From positions 62,001 through 126,000 of the forward strand of contig NMRA01000689.1 in NCBI GenBank assembly GCA_002633005.1: a stretch of 64,000 bases of DNA, read 5' to 3'. The position numbers and the translations under genes were made by a program. Positions 12,387-25,629 of this stretch are shown here, piece after piece. The notes below the pieces were generated by a model that made no database searches, was not told the origin of the DNA, and saw only the letters and a list, made by a program, of their open reading frames with translations. The DNA is from Phoronis australis (lineage: Eukaryota; Animalia; Phoronida). Within the stretch, counting starts at the first letter, position 1, and the number at the start of each line of letters is the position of its first letter.

Positions 12387-15109
12387 GTGAGTAGACTGCG
12401 AAACGTTTTTAAAGCTTAAGATTTCATACCAGAACTGAAACTAAGACCTGCTCTCGTATGGATTTGATGTCATAATCGATCATCTTTTGATATCAAAGAG
12501 TTGAACTGTCTCCACAAATGGTTAGTGAACCTTAATTGTTTAGATGAAGTTTTAGGCATGAAAGTGGCAGAACATTAGTACAAATTGCAAGAAATACTTT
12601 ATTTATTGCGCAGTTTGGGGGTGCAGTACATGGCAAAAATAATGGGACAAAATGACCCATAATCCCCCATCTTGACAGCTGAGCAAGCGGAATTCCCCGT
12701 CAGAGTACCAGCTAGAATGACTCATCATCACGGGAAAACAGTTTTATATTTGATTACTTTAACCGTGTACTGTATAGACGCTTTTACGCGAGAGACAATT
12801 GTCGCCGTGTCAGTTGTCACGGCACGATTTGCTCCACTTAAGTCGCATTTACACAACATTAGGTTGCAAACTGGATGAGCAAGAGTCACTTACACGAAGA
12901 CTGTCTGCACATGTTCACATAAACAATAGCGAATATCTAAACCACGTGGAATGCCAGCAGATCACCCGTATATACGCTATTGCTCAAGCGCATTGAAAGA
13001 TGATCCCTTTCCATCCTCTCCCAGTAGTGTATAGACATGTAGTTGGAACTGGAGCAACTGATCAAGTGCAACTCGCTCTGCCTCTCAAACCGGTGTCAAA
13101 AATGGCCGCCTAAGTACGTTGTCGTAGTTACTCAGAAAATGGTTAAGTGGTTTTCTTGTGGCATTTTCCTTTATCCAGAAGACATCAAACTTTCTGTCAA
13201 AATGTTTCATTCCAATTTATGACGGAAGACAGCAACTGGTCAGACATCGTAATATACATCATAGAAAATGAACACTTGATCATAGTTCTTCAAGTTCAGT
13301 TGGGGAAAATCATGTGTCAAGTATGAGGACTGTGGCCAGCAGAAAACAAAGAAAGGCTTACCATAGTCTATGGGATAAAAGTTTGCCATTTCTGGCTACA
13401 GCAACAGGAAGATGTTGGAAAGACAGAGCTACAATGATTTTATGCCACCGATGTGTTTGTATTGTGAGCCTTGCCCATGACTGCCCATCACTATGAAATT
13501 GCAGCATCGTTGAGACAATGTGTTTACTTACAAGCTTTGGTCCAACTTTAAATATATATTCATTATCCTGAACATGGCCCTTTCCAGTAAACAAGGTATC
13601 CACTAAAGCATTTCCATGGTGACGACTGGAGTTAATGTTTTACAAACTTGACAGAGACAAAGTAATATACATCACAGGAAAAGTTCAATTGAATTTGTGA
13701 CTTGTTGGTAGCAAATTCCCTTCATAAATGAAAGGTGGAGAGGAAACACCCAAGAATGCTCTCATCTGCCTATTGCATTGTAGCAAAGATCCAGGCATTC
13801 CTTTTGTGACATCACACCTGGGGCCTGAAAGTAACTTAAGACTTAATACAGAAATTTGGTCTTGCACTCCTGTGTCACAATTGCTGAATAAAGGTTTTGC
13901 CAAGAAAATATGAGCGCATCACAGTCTGGAAATAATTTTTAGTAATTATCTCAGTAACTACTAGAACTTTATGTGTATATTTTTGAATACTTTACACCTT
14001 TGCTCGTGTGAGATTTAATTATTTTTCAGAAATAATTATGTGGAATTTAAGATCAAGTCTTTAGTCACTTTACATGAAACAGGCTCCGTGCTGGAGTAGT
14101 TCATGTTTTTTGCAAGTTGAACAGTTCATATTGAATTGTTTGTTCACTACCCGTTTTGTTTCGAATTCAATAAGGGTGTTTTTGATAGAAATCAACAGGC
14201 TTGAGCAGGCGATAACAGGACTTCGTAATTTCTGCATGCTGTTTTGCCAACTGCGGGCTCACTGCATTCTTGGTACATTGTAGTTTAATTGTCCTTTAAT
14301 GGAATCACAATATTTATGAGCTCATTGTTTTCGTGTCACAGAAAGGACAGTGTTGAGCTCCTCAATTATAAATGTATGTCTAAGCACATTCTAAGTGCAT
14401 CAAAGAGAGACTTTTTATCAGTTGTTATAACTTGTCAGAAGCAAGTCTCTTATTGGACATCGCAGCCTTTGAGATAATATCGTAACTCTTTTCCTTTTTC
14501 ATCCACATAAGTTGTTGTCAGACTCTGAGATAATGTCTGTGTGTATCCGTAAATGAATAAAAGTTGCATCGTACTCGAACTCTGTTTTTAAATCACTTAC
14601 CATTACGAAAGTGGTGTCATCGTGTTGCTGACTGATTTGTAGTGATTTATGGGCTTTGTACAAACTGACGGTTCGTTTTTGCTTGAGGCTGTGTTGGTAC
14701 ATAAACTCAGAGACAACTTATTGAGCTTCAGGTCACAAGCAATGATGAACTGTTTGCTCTTCCCCAGCTCGGAAACCACTTATTATTTGAGTATTAAGGA
14801 AGTAGGTGACTTATGGATTAAGTGGTGCAAGTCAAAAATTAGTACTGGTACGTGGCTGAGCTTATATTTAAACGTTATTATTACACGACCAGTCCACTGG
14901 TTGGCTGAAACGCTCTATGAGAACTTCCAATATAGCGTACGGTAATTCTTCATTTACTTCGAACAAAAATAGTCGCCGGATTTGTCATTTTCCATTTTTA
15001 ATGACTTGAATATCTTTTTGTAAATAATGGGAACTTTAGCAAATCTTGTTTTATGACATCTAAACAGTGCAAACCATGTTTGTAATAGACTAAAATGTCC
15101 ATAATCTTT

Positions 15110-15198
15110 ACTCACAGGGATCCAGATTATGAGAACCAGTTTGATGCCTGTTATTCAGTGGAGAAAACTGGTTCTCAAAATGAAGTACCCTTGTAAGT
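15110..15198 (+). repeat. Short hairpin repeat (family 3) just upstream of the exon 3 acceptor
   Basis: Perfect 13-bp stem tgagaaccagttt / aaactggttctca, extended by an imperfect outer stem actcacaggg / cccttgtaagt. Confidence 0.8.
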
Positions 15199-15227
15199 GA
15201 CCATTACCCACTTCATTGTCCTTTCAG

Positions 15228-15311
15228 GCGCGACAGTCCGAGCTCCTGCTGGTACATCCTACTCTCTGGTTCTGTATTCATTGATGGTTCCATGTTCCTG
15301 CCACGAAGCAG
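15228..15311 (+). CDS. RAPGEF2/6: PDZ-GEF exon 3: (T)RDSPSSCWYILLSGSVFIDGSMFLPRS(S)
   Basis: Acceptor gtcctttcag|G, donor CAG|gtgagt, 84 nt, phase 2 to 2. Contains the family signature CWYILLSGSV...SMFLP. Confidence 0.97.
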
Positions 15312-18214
15312 GTGAGTGCTATTGTGCTTTCATTTCTTGCGTGGTAAGATTCAGGTTTTTATGAAGTTGAGTGTGTGCGCGTGTCCGTGTATGCATGGAT
15401 GTTAACATGAGTGATTTTCCTATTTTCTCTAAGTCTGCTAGATGCAGCCATGATGCAACTTTTACATACCATACTTGTCTGTGTTAATACCCTTGGTCAG
15501 GTAAACTCCTGCACCTAAGTTTTGCTTTTAAGTGCCCATGATTGGCTTAACACTAGGTGTACCAATTGTTATGGACTTAATGTTGTTTTAATTTAAATCA
15601 CTATGTGCAGGTTTTAAAATTTTACGCATTTGTCTGTCTTCAAAAAATCAACTGAATGTAAAACATCTTTAAAATTATCGGGAGTTTTGAAGTGCCGGAT
15701 CGTAAATGGCAGAAATTAAGAGCTCAAGATCCAATCAATAAGATGTATCTTGCAAAAATCTAATGTTGGTTGAAAAGTGTATACTTTTTATTTGTTTTCT
15801 GTATAACATTGTAATTTTACACCCTTTCAAATTCCATATAAAGATTAGTAGCCTGTCATGAAAAAGTTGAACGTGTTAAAACTGGAGAACAAAGCAGAAA
15901 GCACATTGTATAAATTAGTTTCATTTGAATCCAATCAGACAATCTTGAGATACGATGCTCCAGAGTTAGTCATATTTAGAAGTTTTTTCTGGGGTCCAAC
16001 AAGAACTTAAATTAGTTTATGAAAGTGAGCATTCGAATGGAATGTGAATTGCAATAACTTTTTGCTGACATGTTTCGCTGTTACAAAAAATGCAACATCA
16101 ACTTTGCAATAATTGTGACAATCCTAGCTGCGACAAGGTTTGTGATCTTCCATAAATTGGGACCAGGTCTCCAGTGCGGGAATTATCTGTGTCAGTTGTC
16201 ACATCTCAAGCCCACCCATGTAGCGACAGCACCTTGGATGTTTTTCGTCTTATGGTTGAAGAGCCTAACTGTAGCGAAATTGATTTGCTTAGGAGAAGTT
16301 CACCAATGCTTTTTTAGTTGGGTCATATTCTCAATAGGTGGCAGTAGTGTTTTACCTGAGGATTGTGATCTGTGGGCTGAAATTTTTAAAGTGTGTTTGT
16401 GTGTTTGTTGTCAATTCACTGTATTTTACAACAGACTTGCTCTGCCATTTAAGAATGATCATCTAATAGTAGACCTAGAAATGAATATGTGTAACAAAAT
16501 TAGGAAATACTGAACATAACTTAGGACCAATGGCACTTTAGTTCATTGACTCTTGCATTCCCGATTTCACCAACTTTGTCCATTTAAATGAAATACGTTA
16601 GAATGAGTGTCACTGACCTGCATCTTTATGTAACAAATTTTATTTTTGTTGATTTTAAAGCAGTTACACTTGTAATTTGTCTATACTTTATTTGCACCAT
16701 TATCTTGCTTTGACTAAGGTACGTGTATTGGAGATGCAAATCATTTCAAAAAGCAAAATTTTGCTGGATGTAATTTGTTGTGAACTGAGATAAAAAACGA
16801 TATGAAACCAGCAACAGTTTGCAAATTGTGCAGAGGGGCCATTTTATCAAGGATTTGCTCTAACGTGTAAATTTGTCAAAAAAACGGTAGCACTGAAAGG
16901 TCATGCATTCAATCGGTTCGCATTTCTAGCAGTGGAATCACAGCATAATGACAATATTTTAGCACAAGTAATTAGTTTTGATTACTCATGGTAAAACGGT
17001 GCTTTTTAAAGGCATTAGTTTTTGTTAGGTTTTATTTTACTCATTTTTACCACACGCAGTCTAAAACTATGTAGTTATTGATACAATTTGGCCCCGATAC
17101 AAGAATTTATTGCCCACCAAGGGTAACATTAACCACTTTTAAACATCCTATCACAACAAAGCAAAGTAATATATCAAATCAATAACTTAACTGTAACAAG
17201 TTTCTTGATTTCCCTCTTAACTGTGATGGCCTGCAAGTTAGTTTGGGAAGTTCAAACTTTGTCTTGTATTTGCTTTCAAGTTTGTACAGTCATTGAGTTG
17301 GAAAATTGGTGAATAGGCTGCAGCCCAGCCAAAGTCTACCAATCTTAAATTTCGTACAGTCTGCAAGCCATTTTGTTTGATCTCAGTGGAGATTTAGGGC
17401 CAATTTGCCACCAAATTTGTTTACATAAACTTTAACTCTCCCTGATGAAGTTGGGGCCCAGAAGCTTTGGTTTTGAGAATTATTTTCAAAGAATATTAAA
17501 ATATAAGAATAGGTAGGACTTTTCACCTGTGTGGCTTGTTTGTACATAAACCAAGCCTACCATCTATTGTCCTGTATTTGCCAACTCTGAACTATTCACA
17601 CATTCTGGTGACCCTCACACACACTTTTACATCCCCTGTCTGCAGCTAGTGCTCTTTGAAAGTCACCCCTCCACCGGACTGGATACCCCACAAGTGTTGG
17701 CGGTAAGCTGCCTCTCTGAAGACTTAGTCTTATTCAACAGGTAGAGATAAGAGCAGGCTCCCTCACTGGGGGATTGTCACACATTGATAAGCACTCTGAA
17801 TACATATATCTAACCTGCTCACCTTACTTCAGTGTATTCTTTCTTATCTTTGCCCAAAGGGGTGAGTCAAGTTGAAGCCTGAGCTCTCTATATCCTCTAA
17901 CCTGTTGCTGTAGAATAGTATTAAGCTTATTTTACTGATCAACAGGTAAGTATACCCATTGTGAGATTTCATGAGCCTCTGTGCCTCTTTGGGCCCTGTG
18001 ACTGTGGCTCAGTTTGCAGATAACTCGTTTAGGATCACCAGTACCTGGACTGGTACTGTTAGGTCGTTTCATTTTTGGAAGAATGACTTTGGCATGTAAC
18101 GATCTTTGGTTTAACTCAGGGCATGTAAAATTCTAGAGGGCATATCGTGCTAAATAGTTACTGGGAGTTTTCACACAATATAGTACATGTCAACTCTCCC
18201 ATCTAGTAGTCCAC

Positions 18215-18380
18215 ATCATGTTGATTGAGTGGGCAGCATTCTGTACTAGCGAGAACCTTGCGAAAAAGAGAGAGATCATACAAAACCTAGCAAAATCATG
18301 CGAGTGAAAGGCGAGTGTTTCACAAGTATTTTCGCTACCTTACAAGCGTAGCCTTGGAATATGGTGGCCACTGATAAAGT
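18215..18380. mobile_element. Interspersed repeat family 4 (second copy near 28890-28990)
   Basis: aaatcatgcgagtgaaaggcgagtgtttcacaagtat versus aaatcacgcgagtgtagggagattgtttcgcaactat. The ends gagtgggcagcatt / tggtggccact are weakly inverted. Confidence 0.5.
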
Positions 18381-19068
18381 AATTGTTCGGTGCGGTTGGA
18401 GTATTGAATTAAGGAACAGAACTCTGCGTTCATAAGTGAAGATTCCTCACCGCAAGTCATTGTATACATGAATGCGTTGCCTATTTTTGTAGGTTCTCAT
18501 AAGCCCAAGTTGTGGCTAGGTAGCATTTGCTACGGGTCGCAAAAATAATGATTATCGATTGAGTCATTGATTGATTGATTGACTACGTCACGAATCGTTT
18601 GGTTTTGGGAAATCTAGCCCAAGGTTTTTCATGTGCCAGCAGGGTTTCGGCTTTATTGTGTGCGGATGTCCTGAAACACAGGTTAGGAGCTCTGATGTAG
18701 ACAGAGAACCACTGATATCAACATCCATTTCAAGACTATACTGCCATATTCGAAAATCCTGAATTAAGCCCCCTGTGTGTCACTTGGTTACAAAGGTCGT
18801 TCATACCTTCGAGTCTGATTTTATGGACGACTCAGTGTGTCCATTCAGTTAATCTTGTTATTGACTAGTGTTTGTCCCAGAGACAAACCTCAGGCTCATC
18901 TAAGTGTCTGCCTGGTCTAGAAATTAAACTGACATCTGTTGTACTCTACAGAAATCAGAAAATAAGTCAAATTTCATACAATTCACTTCATTACAAGGTG
19001 TGGTGCCTCCTTTCCCTTCTCTAGCAATTTAAAAACATGGTGCAGCTACTTTTTTCAGCAATAGTCAG

Positions 19069-19212
19069 TTACAGAGGTTCCCACATTTTGAGAACCAGCT
19101 TGATGCCCGTTATTGAGCTGAGCAAAATGTGAAGTGGAGCACTCCTGTAAGTGGCTACCACTCTTTATTCTTTCAATATAAAATGGCTACTTCTGTGGTT
19201 TTGTATTGATGC
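19069..19212 (+). pseudogene. Decayed local duplicate of the exon 3 acceptor region and part of exon 3
   Basis: Collinear with 15110-15290. It has the hairpin element, then gtaagtg..accact...ctttca with the AG lost, then ctacttctgtggttttgtattgatg, which compares with exon 3 ctactctctggttctgtattcattgatg. Confidence 0.6.
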
Positions 19213-19632
19213 CAGTGAATGCAGGGCCTGAAACACTTTGCGGCCTTGACTCCAGCAAATGTCTGGTACACAACGACAAGAATTGACAATTTATAGTAAA
19301 ATCATAAAAACACTACGGCTTTTGTTGTTTTATAGTTCTGGCCAAAGCTTAGAACACCATGAAGTCTGTCCCATCCAAAAATAATCCCCAAAATGCGTTT
19401 TTCTTGCTTAAAAACAATAATGTCCCTCTAAAGATCGCAATTCAAAACAAGCCTTCACAGTCTTGTTGTGTATATGGTGTGGAAGTTCACTTCCTCCTTC
19501 TTTGTAGTATATGTTGTGTAGGGATAAGAGTCAACCAGGAAGACATGGACAGCCAACTTTGTGCTACATTTATTTGTAGAGATCTCGTTCATCCAGGAAA
19601 AACTAAATATTTCCTGGATGCACTTGATTTAT

Positions 19633-19905
19633 GGTAAAAAAATCTCCTATTTGGGAGAGCAAAAAATCAATTATTTTGTTCAAGGTCGGAGCTTGTCCCA
19701 AATTTTAGAAACGAGCAATATTGGTCATTTCAAATTCAAGAACCAGTGGGAAGATGTCAAAATTACTCTCTCTGCAGATTGAAAACGCATTGTCCAAATT
19801 TTGGGAAATATGATGAACGCCAAAATCCAGAATTATAAAAATTTAGTTTTTGCGAGCTTCGGTATCCCAAATTCTAAAGACTGTCCCAAATTGAAGAATT
19901 TTACC
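19633..19905 (+). mobile_element. MITE-like family 1, near full length (about 270 bp) with terminal inverted repeats
   Basis: GGTAAAAaaaTCTCCtATTTGGGA ... TCCCAAATTGaAGAATTTTACC; non-coding. Confidence 0.75.
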
Positions 19906-19968
19906 CTAACACCATTGCAGCCAGCATGATATGATGTGGGCCCCCTTCGTGGGAACTAGCCAGTTGAA

Positions 19969-20047
19969 TGATAGTGTAGTCCGGTGGTTGGAGGTGATAG
20001 TGTAGCCCTGTGGGTGGGGGTGATAGTGTAGCCCTGTGGGTGGGGGT
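19969..20047. repeat. 26-bp G-rich minisatellite, 3 copies
   Basis: tgatagtgtagccctgtgggtggggg repeated; the first unit is diverged. Confidence 0.9.
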
Positions 20048-23000
20048 GAGGGGACCTGTTTCGTGAAAAGAGACTTTAGACTTAAGACAGAAAGTGGATT
20101 TTACGTTCACGCAACTAATTAAGAAAAGTAACTAAATCTCACTTGAGCAAACATGCAGTCTCTTGAATTATACACTTAACTGCTAGTTACTGCGAAAGTT
20201 TCTATAAATTGCTTCATTGAGCAGTTTGCATGTGGCTGCCATATTGTTTCAGATCGTCCTGTGTTTAGGTTGTTGCTCGCCCTTGGATGCTCAGTGTGTC
20301 GTTTTTCAGGAATAAGTTGTACGCCATCCATTTATATTAGTTATAGCCTATGAATCATTTGAACAGGATTATGCTGGTATCTTAAGGTTTGTGTGCTTTT
20401 GAAAAAGTTGTTTACTGAAACTGTACCTAACGACCCCTGGATATGGTCAGAATCTTACCAAGAACTGTGTTGTGTTTTTGACTAAAAAAGGCCCAATGCA
20501 ATTAATAACATTTGACAAACTTATGGAGGTGGAGGTGAGGTGCTATTTCCTTTTAATGAATTGCACGTGGTCCAGGTAGTTGTATACACAGCTGACCAGA
20601 TGGTGGCGTGGATGGTGGTCACCATATGTGCTGCTTCATAAACATTGGTCTGTGATGTATCCACTCCTTCCTATATATGTGTAGCTCTAATTATAGTAAT
20701 TAGGAATGGTTATCTGGATCAGAGATGACTATTCTGAAAGCAGTATTAGGATCTGAAGCTAGCGCCAGAGAGAGAATGTTAATTCTTTAATGAAATGAAA
20801 CCCGACATGAGATATAAATCAATTTTTGCATGTTTTTTCTGTTGAATATAGGCTTTAAGAAATCATTATAATTAATGAATAATTCAAATAGGACTATTCA
20901 ACCCAAGACACCTTATGTTCACCATTAACGTCCAAAAAACTTGTAGTTGGTTCTGGTCTGCATAACAATAGGGGTCTTTTCATATTGGCGCTCTCTAGAG
21001 TAATGAGGGCACCAACCATGAGGTTTTCAGTGTTCAGCAGTGGAATTGCCAGCATTATGATTACATGGGATCTGTAGGTGGCGCTGAAGGTCTTTCCATC
21101 AATGACCTGATCACCATATGGCAGGACAGGGAATTTCAATATGGTGGGGCTATTTACTTTGAAACCTGTGCCTCACTACTAAAAGAAAAAGCGCCCATCC
21201 CCATAAATTTCAGTCAAGGTCTCGGACTTTTCTGAAAATCCACACAAGCATATGCAGCAAGGTTTGCAAAAGATCATTTAAAAATATTGCGACTTGCCAA
21301 GTCATCCATACAACCACTCGACAAAATGATTGTCAAGGACTCGCCACTTGGCGAAGTTCACCAGTGCTGCCAACTGAAGATAAGTGTCGATTTTATTATG
21401 TGCTCAAGTTTTGTGTGGTTTATGTGAATGAATGTTTAGTGATAGCTATTGCACTTGATGACCCCAGAATCAAAGTTATGATTTTGAGTCTGAACTCTTA
21501 GAGGTCATCAAGTGTGAAAAGTGGGAACATGCATCTGCGAGAACCATATAATATACTGGAGTACATTGTCGTAAACTTTTGCTTTGATTTTGTACCTTAA
21601 ATGTGTCTAAAATGATGTAAAGTTCAGTTTGGGTTCAGTTTTGGAGATTAGAGCACTGACCAAGAGAGATATAAATTTTAGCAGTTAATATCTTATTTCA
21701 AATGATTCGAAATTTTCACTGCTCCACATCAGCTGTCCTGTGTATATTTCCAAAACTTCTCCATTTGAAACTTGTCACATCATGTGACTGTCAGCGCTTA
21801 ATAATCTAGGCTTTGCAACTGCTATATAGAACTTTTAAACTAGTGCAAGTATTTTGTATTTTAACAGTTTGAAGAAGTGTATTGTGAACCTGTATTGCCG
21901 CGCAAGAAATGGTCTTTATCAAAGGACTATACACGTCGTGTAAAACGTGCATTGGAACAGCTTTATATGCCACAAACATTAACTGAATGACTGCATGACA
22001 TTGTGTCATGTGACAAAATGATTGTCATAGCTACAATGAGGCTATTTATCGAAAATCTCTATTCGCGGCACAATTACAGCGTGGCTGCTCCCATTTCAAG
22101 TTCTCCATTTCTAAACTGTTTTTCTTCTTCTCTTCAGCCTATTCATCAACTCTTGTTCTTTGTGTCGTTATTATGCTCAGTGACCTTAAACTATCGACTG
22201 TTTGTCAACATGGCTCATGACTTGGGGAAATGTCTTATTGTGTCTTTTTGTTTCATGGAATGTCCAACTTCAGCAAGTCATGAATGCCTTCCCATTGATC
22301 AGCCTAATTTGAGAGGACAGAGGTCTTGCGTTGCCGCCATGCGCCATGTGTTTTGTCGCAAACGTGGTTCTAACGTATCACAAGCCTTTGGCAGTTTTGA
22401 TATTATAGTTTTGGTTCAGAATTATTGTTGATTCATTCAAGGTAAAGTCAGTTATAAATTTATGCGTAGATATTGATCATATTTGATATTGTAGACTCAC
22501 TGTCGTTAAGCTTTACTATGCACTTTATAAACGCAGCATTTTCCATCATTTTGTGACACCTTGGTCTTTTCCACTTTTGACTTTTAGAAAATTCTTATTC
22601 TAATTTGTAGTTTTCGAAGCACATTTCTGTACTATTTTGGTATCATAATGTTTGTGGACATTGTTTTTCCCATAAATTTACCTAAGTCTTATTCATTAGT
22701 AACTGGGTAAAAATTATATTCGACTTACCTTAACTGGAGAGTAGTTACATAATAGCTCTGTTTATAAGCCTGCATTGAAACTTCTGCTGTGTACTAGCAC
22801 CTATTAATGTCTAACGCAAATTGAAATTGATTTCATCATTGGTTATGAAAGTAACTCATGAGCAGGATATTGAAACTCAGGCTTGGAACACTCCTTTCTG
22901 TGTTCATGAATCAATGGATTCATTACAGCATTCAGTTCACAGTCTGTAATAAAATGTAGCTTTGTGAAGACATCCTGTTGCCAACAGTCTCTGCCTCATT

Positions 23001-25492
23001 GCTTAGGTTGACTCAGGTGCGCAAATGTTAATGAGCTTTGGGTGAAAAAATGTCTGAACAATTTTGTTGGTCACAAAATGTGACATAGTCCATAAAAACC
23101 ATTAAGTTGACGTTGGTATGCAAGAGGTGATAGATGGTTCGTCGGGTGATATTGGAACTTCTTGATGGTTGGTGGAGGTTTCTGTCTTTTTTAATAGCAG
23201 GAGCAGACAGTAATTTACGACACGAACTGGACAGTATCCAAAGGAATTTCATACAAGTGTTTCTAACAATTTTTTTTGGTATGGGTTTTCATCTTTAAAA
23301 TTAATTTGAAACAAGCCTGTTTACTGATATTTGTAGTCTGTCACAGGTATGTTGTACCACTTGACAAGTCTTAAGGCATATGGCATTTTTTCGAGAGTGT
23401 GTCACCTTATACTACATTGACCATCATTATTGCTTTGAACTACCAGACTGTTGTGCCTAATCTGTATTTTAAAATTTTACACAATCTACCAAAGTACAGA
23501 TTTTTAAGTGTATGTTACCAGGCTAAAGAATTGCACGTGCCGTGTTAGACAATGCCGAAAGGTGTTATCCACTGGATTAAAATCGTAATCAAGCAGAAAT
23601 TCTGGTCGAAATCTACCTAGAGGTTTTGATCTTCTTATTGTAATTGTAGCCAGACAGGGGCTTGTTATCCTTATTAGCTGGATTTGGTTGGTTTGACATG
23701 GCAGGAGCCTGAAGAGGGCCACATGTTTATGGGGATCTCTGCGTTATTAACCTGTCTAATTTATGGCATCTGGGTAGGGCACTGTCTCCTTATCAGGAAG
23801 GTTATGTATGCTGGTTTCTGAACATATCTTCAGAGGAAAATACCAAGACATGATGCAAGAACAGGTTTCTTCTGTGCACTTTGTGTTCAGATGCACTGAG
23901 GCTTAATTCTTCTTTCCATATTTGGATAAACTGTTACACCTGCATAAGAAGAATGAAGTTGTGCATGAAGTGTTGTGTAAAGACTTCTCAGGAGGTTAAT
24001 TCTTTGTCTGTGTTTGAAGGAGTAATATCACTTGTGATATTTGCAAGTTGACATTTTTGTGCTCACTGAGTTGTACACGTCTTGCTACCCTGGGACATAA
24101 GTCATAATTCACTCATCTTGGATATTTGTGTCATCAGTGTATTGAGCCCTCATAATGCTATGGTAACCTATACCAGCTCATTACCTGGACTGGCTGTGTA
24201 ATGGTCTTATGGTAAAGAGAATCTGTGGGCGTCAAGCATATGGGTCACAGCTGAAAGTGTGTCACACATTTGGATAGAAGTTTACAACTGGATGTATGCT
24301 TGTGTGCAGTTTGTCTTATACACCTCTGACTTGCTGCGATAATCAAATCATCGCCAAGTGAATGATAACGTGTGACATTTGAACTGTCTGATTCAAAAGT
24401 TAGCTGGTGAGAGATAACGGAAAATAATGGTGATATCAAGTGTGGCATGGCTGGCTGTACCTCACGCAAAAAGGTATTGCTCCATTCACCAGAGGCTTCC
24501 TATGCTAGTCTGATAGAGGTTGGACTAATTAGTCAGTGACCCAGGCAGGTTGACACATCCACACTCAGACTTGACTAATCTCGTTGGATAAACATTCTGG
24601 GTATACTTAGACTTCCTCCACTGATACAGTTGGTGGACAAACCACAACAGGGACAGACCATTTATTGTTCTGTATCAGCCAACAACTTGATTTGTTGTGA
24701 TTTTTTGTGTTCCGTCAGCTGGCTGTACATGTGAATTGGTGCCAGCAGTGGGTGTAGTCAAAACAGAGAGGCTGCGACAAGTTTTACTGGTTGCCTTGGT
24801 CTGTTGATTGGAGTAACTAGATACATTCATTTTTACAGTGGCAACGGTTGGCAGTGATTATATTCTCAAGGATTCGTGCTGTTCAAAGGCTAGTGTTAAA
24901 ACAATTATTAGCTGGGAAAAAACTCACAGTGTATGTGTGAGAGATTGCAAACCTGTTTGTTGGCAGAGATTCTGATTGTAAAAGGTTATGACGAATGATT
25001 CACTGCCAGAGCTCATGAAGCCAGCTTAACTAGGAGTTATCTATTTCCAGAGTTCATTATTTCAAGCGTATGGCATTGGTGGATACTATCCTGTGATTGG
25101 AAAGAAGCTATAAGGTCCTGAACCGGGCTGCATTTCCTTAAGGAGATAATCTACTCAGGAAATTGTCTGCTACCATGAGATACGGGGTGATACTATAAAA
25201 AGTTTTTGATATCCCTGATTGAGATTGGACTGAAGGTTTATGTTTAGGTGACGCACTACATTGCTTTCCTGTGGAGTATTCATTTTTTGATTTTTTCTTT
25301 CATACTCATGAAATGTTCCGTGGTCTCTGTTCTGATAGCATAGATGAGTGTGCTTTTAGTGATCAGTATTTTCATTAACCAACTCTCGACAGATCACTTC
25401 CGAGTGGTTTGAAAAGCCATTGGAGGAGGTCACGACTGGATTTATCAAATTCAAATGCCAGTTTGAGGTCTCTGACTCTGTTCTTCGCTAAA

Positions 25493-25629
25493 ATGCCACG
25501 GACAAAATCCTCCAAGTCCAAGAAGGCACCAACTGTGCCTAAAGATATGCCAAAGCCCAGCATTCCGATCGGATATGATTTCGACGACTTTGATGTGGTT
25601 TCCGGATACAATGGGCTGAGATTTGTAAC
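25493..25629 (+). CDS. RAPGEF2/6: Candidate alternative first coding exon A: MPRTKSSKSKKAPTVPKDMPKPSIPIGYDFDDFDVVSGYNGLRFV(T)
   Basis: aaaATG start, 45 open codons with coding-like composition, donor AC|gtaagt with a perfect intronic consensus. Phase 2 is in frame with exon 4. Confidence 0.65.

Noticed and set aside
13030-13900. Possible decayed transposase or zinc-finger remnant after aaaatggccgcc
   Set aside because: Only scattered Cys pairs; no motif I can identify.
19948-19955. Su(H)/RBPJ site CGTGGGAA
   Set aside because: A single 8-mer is expected by chance in 64 kb.
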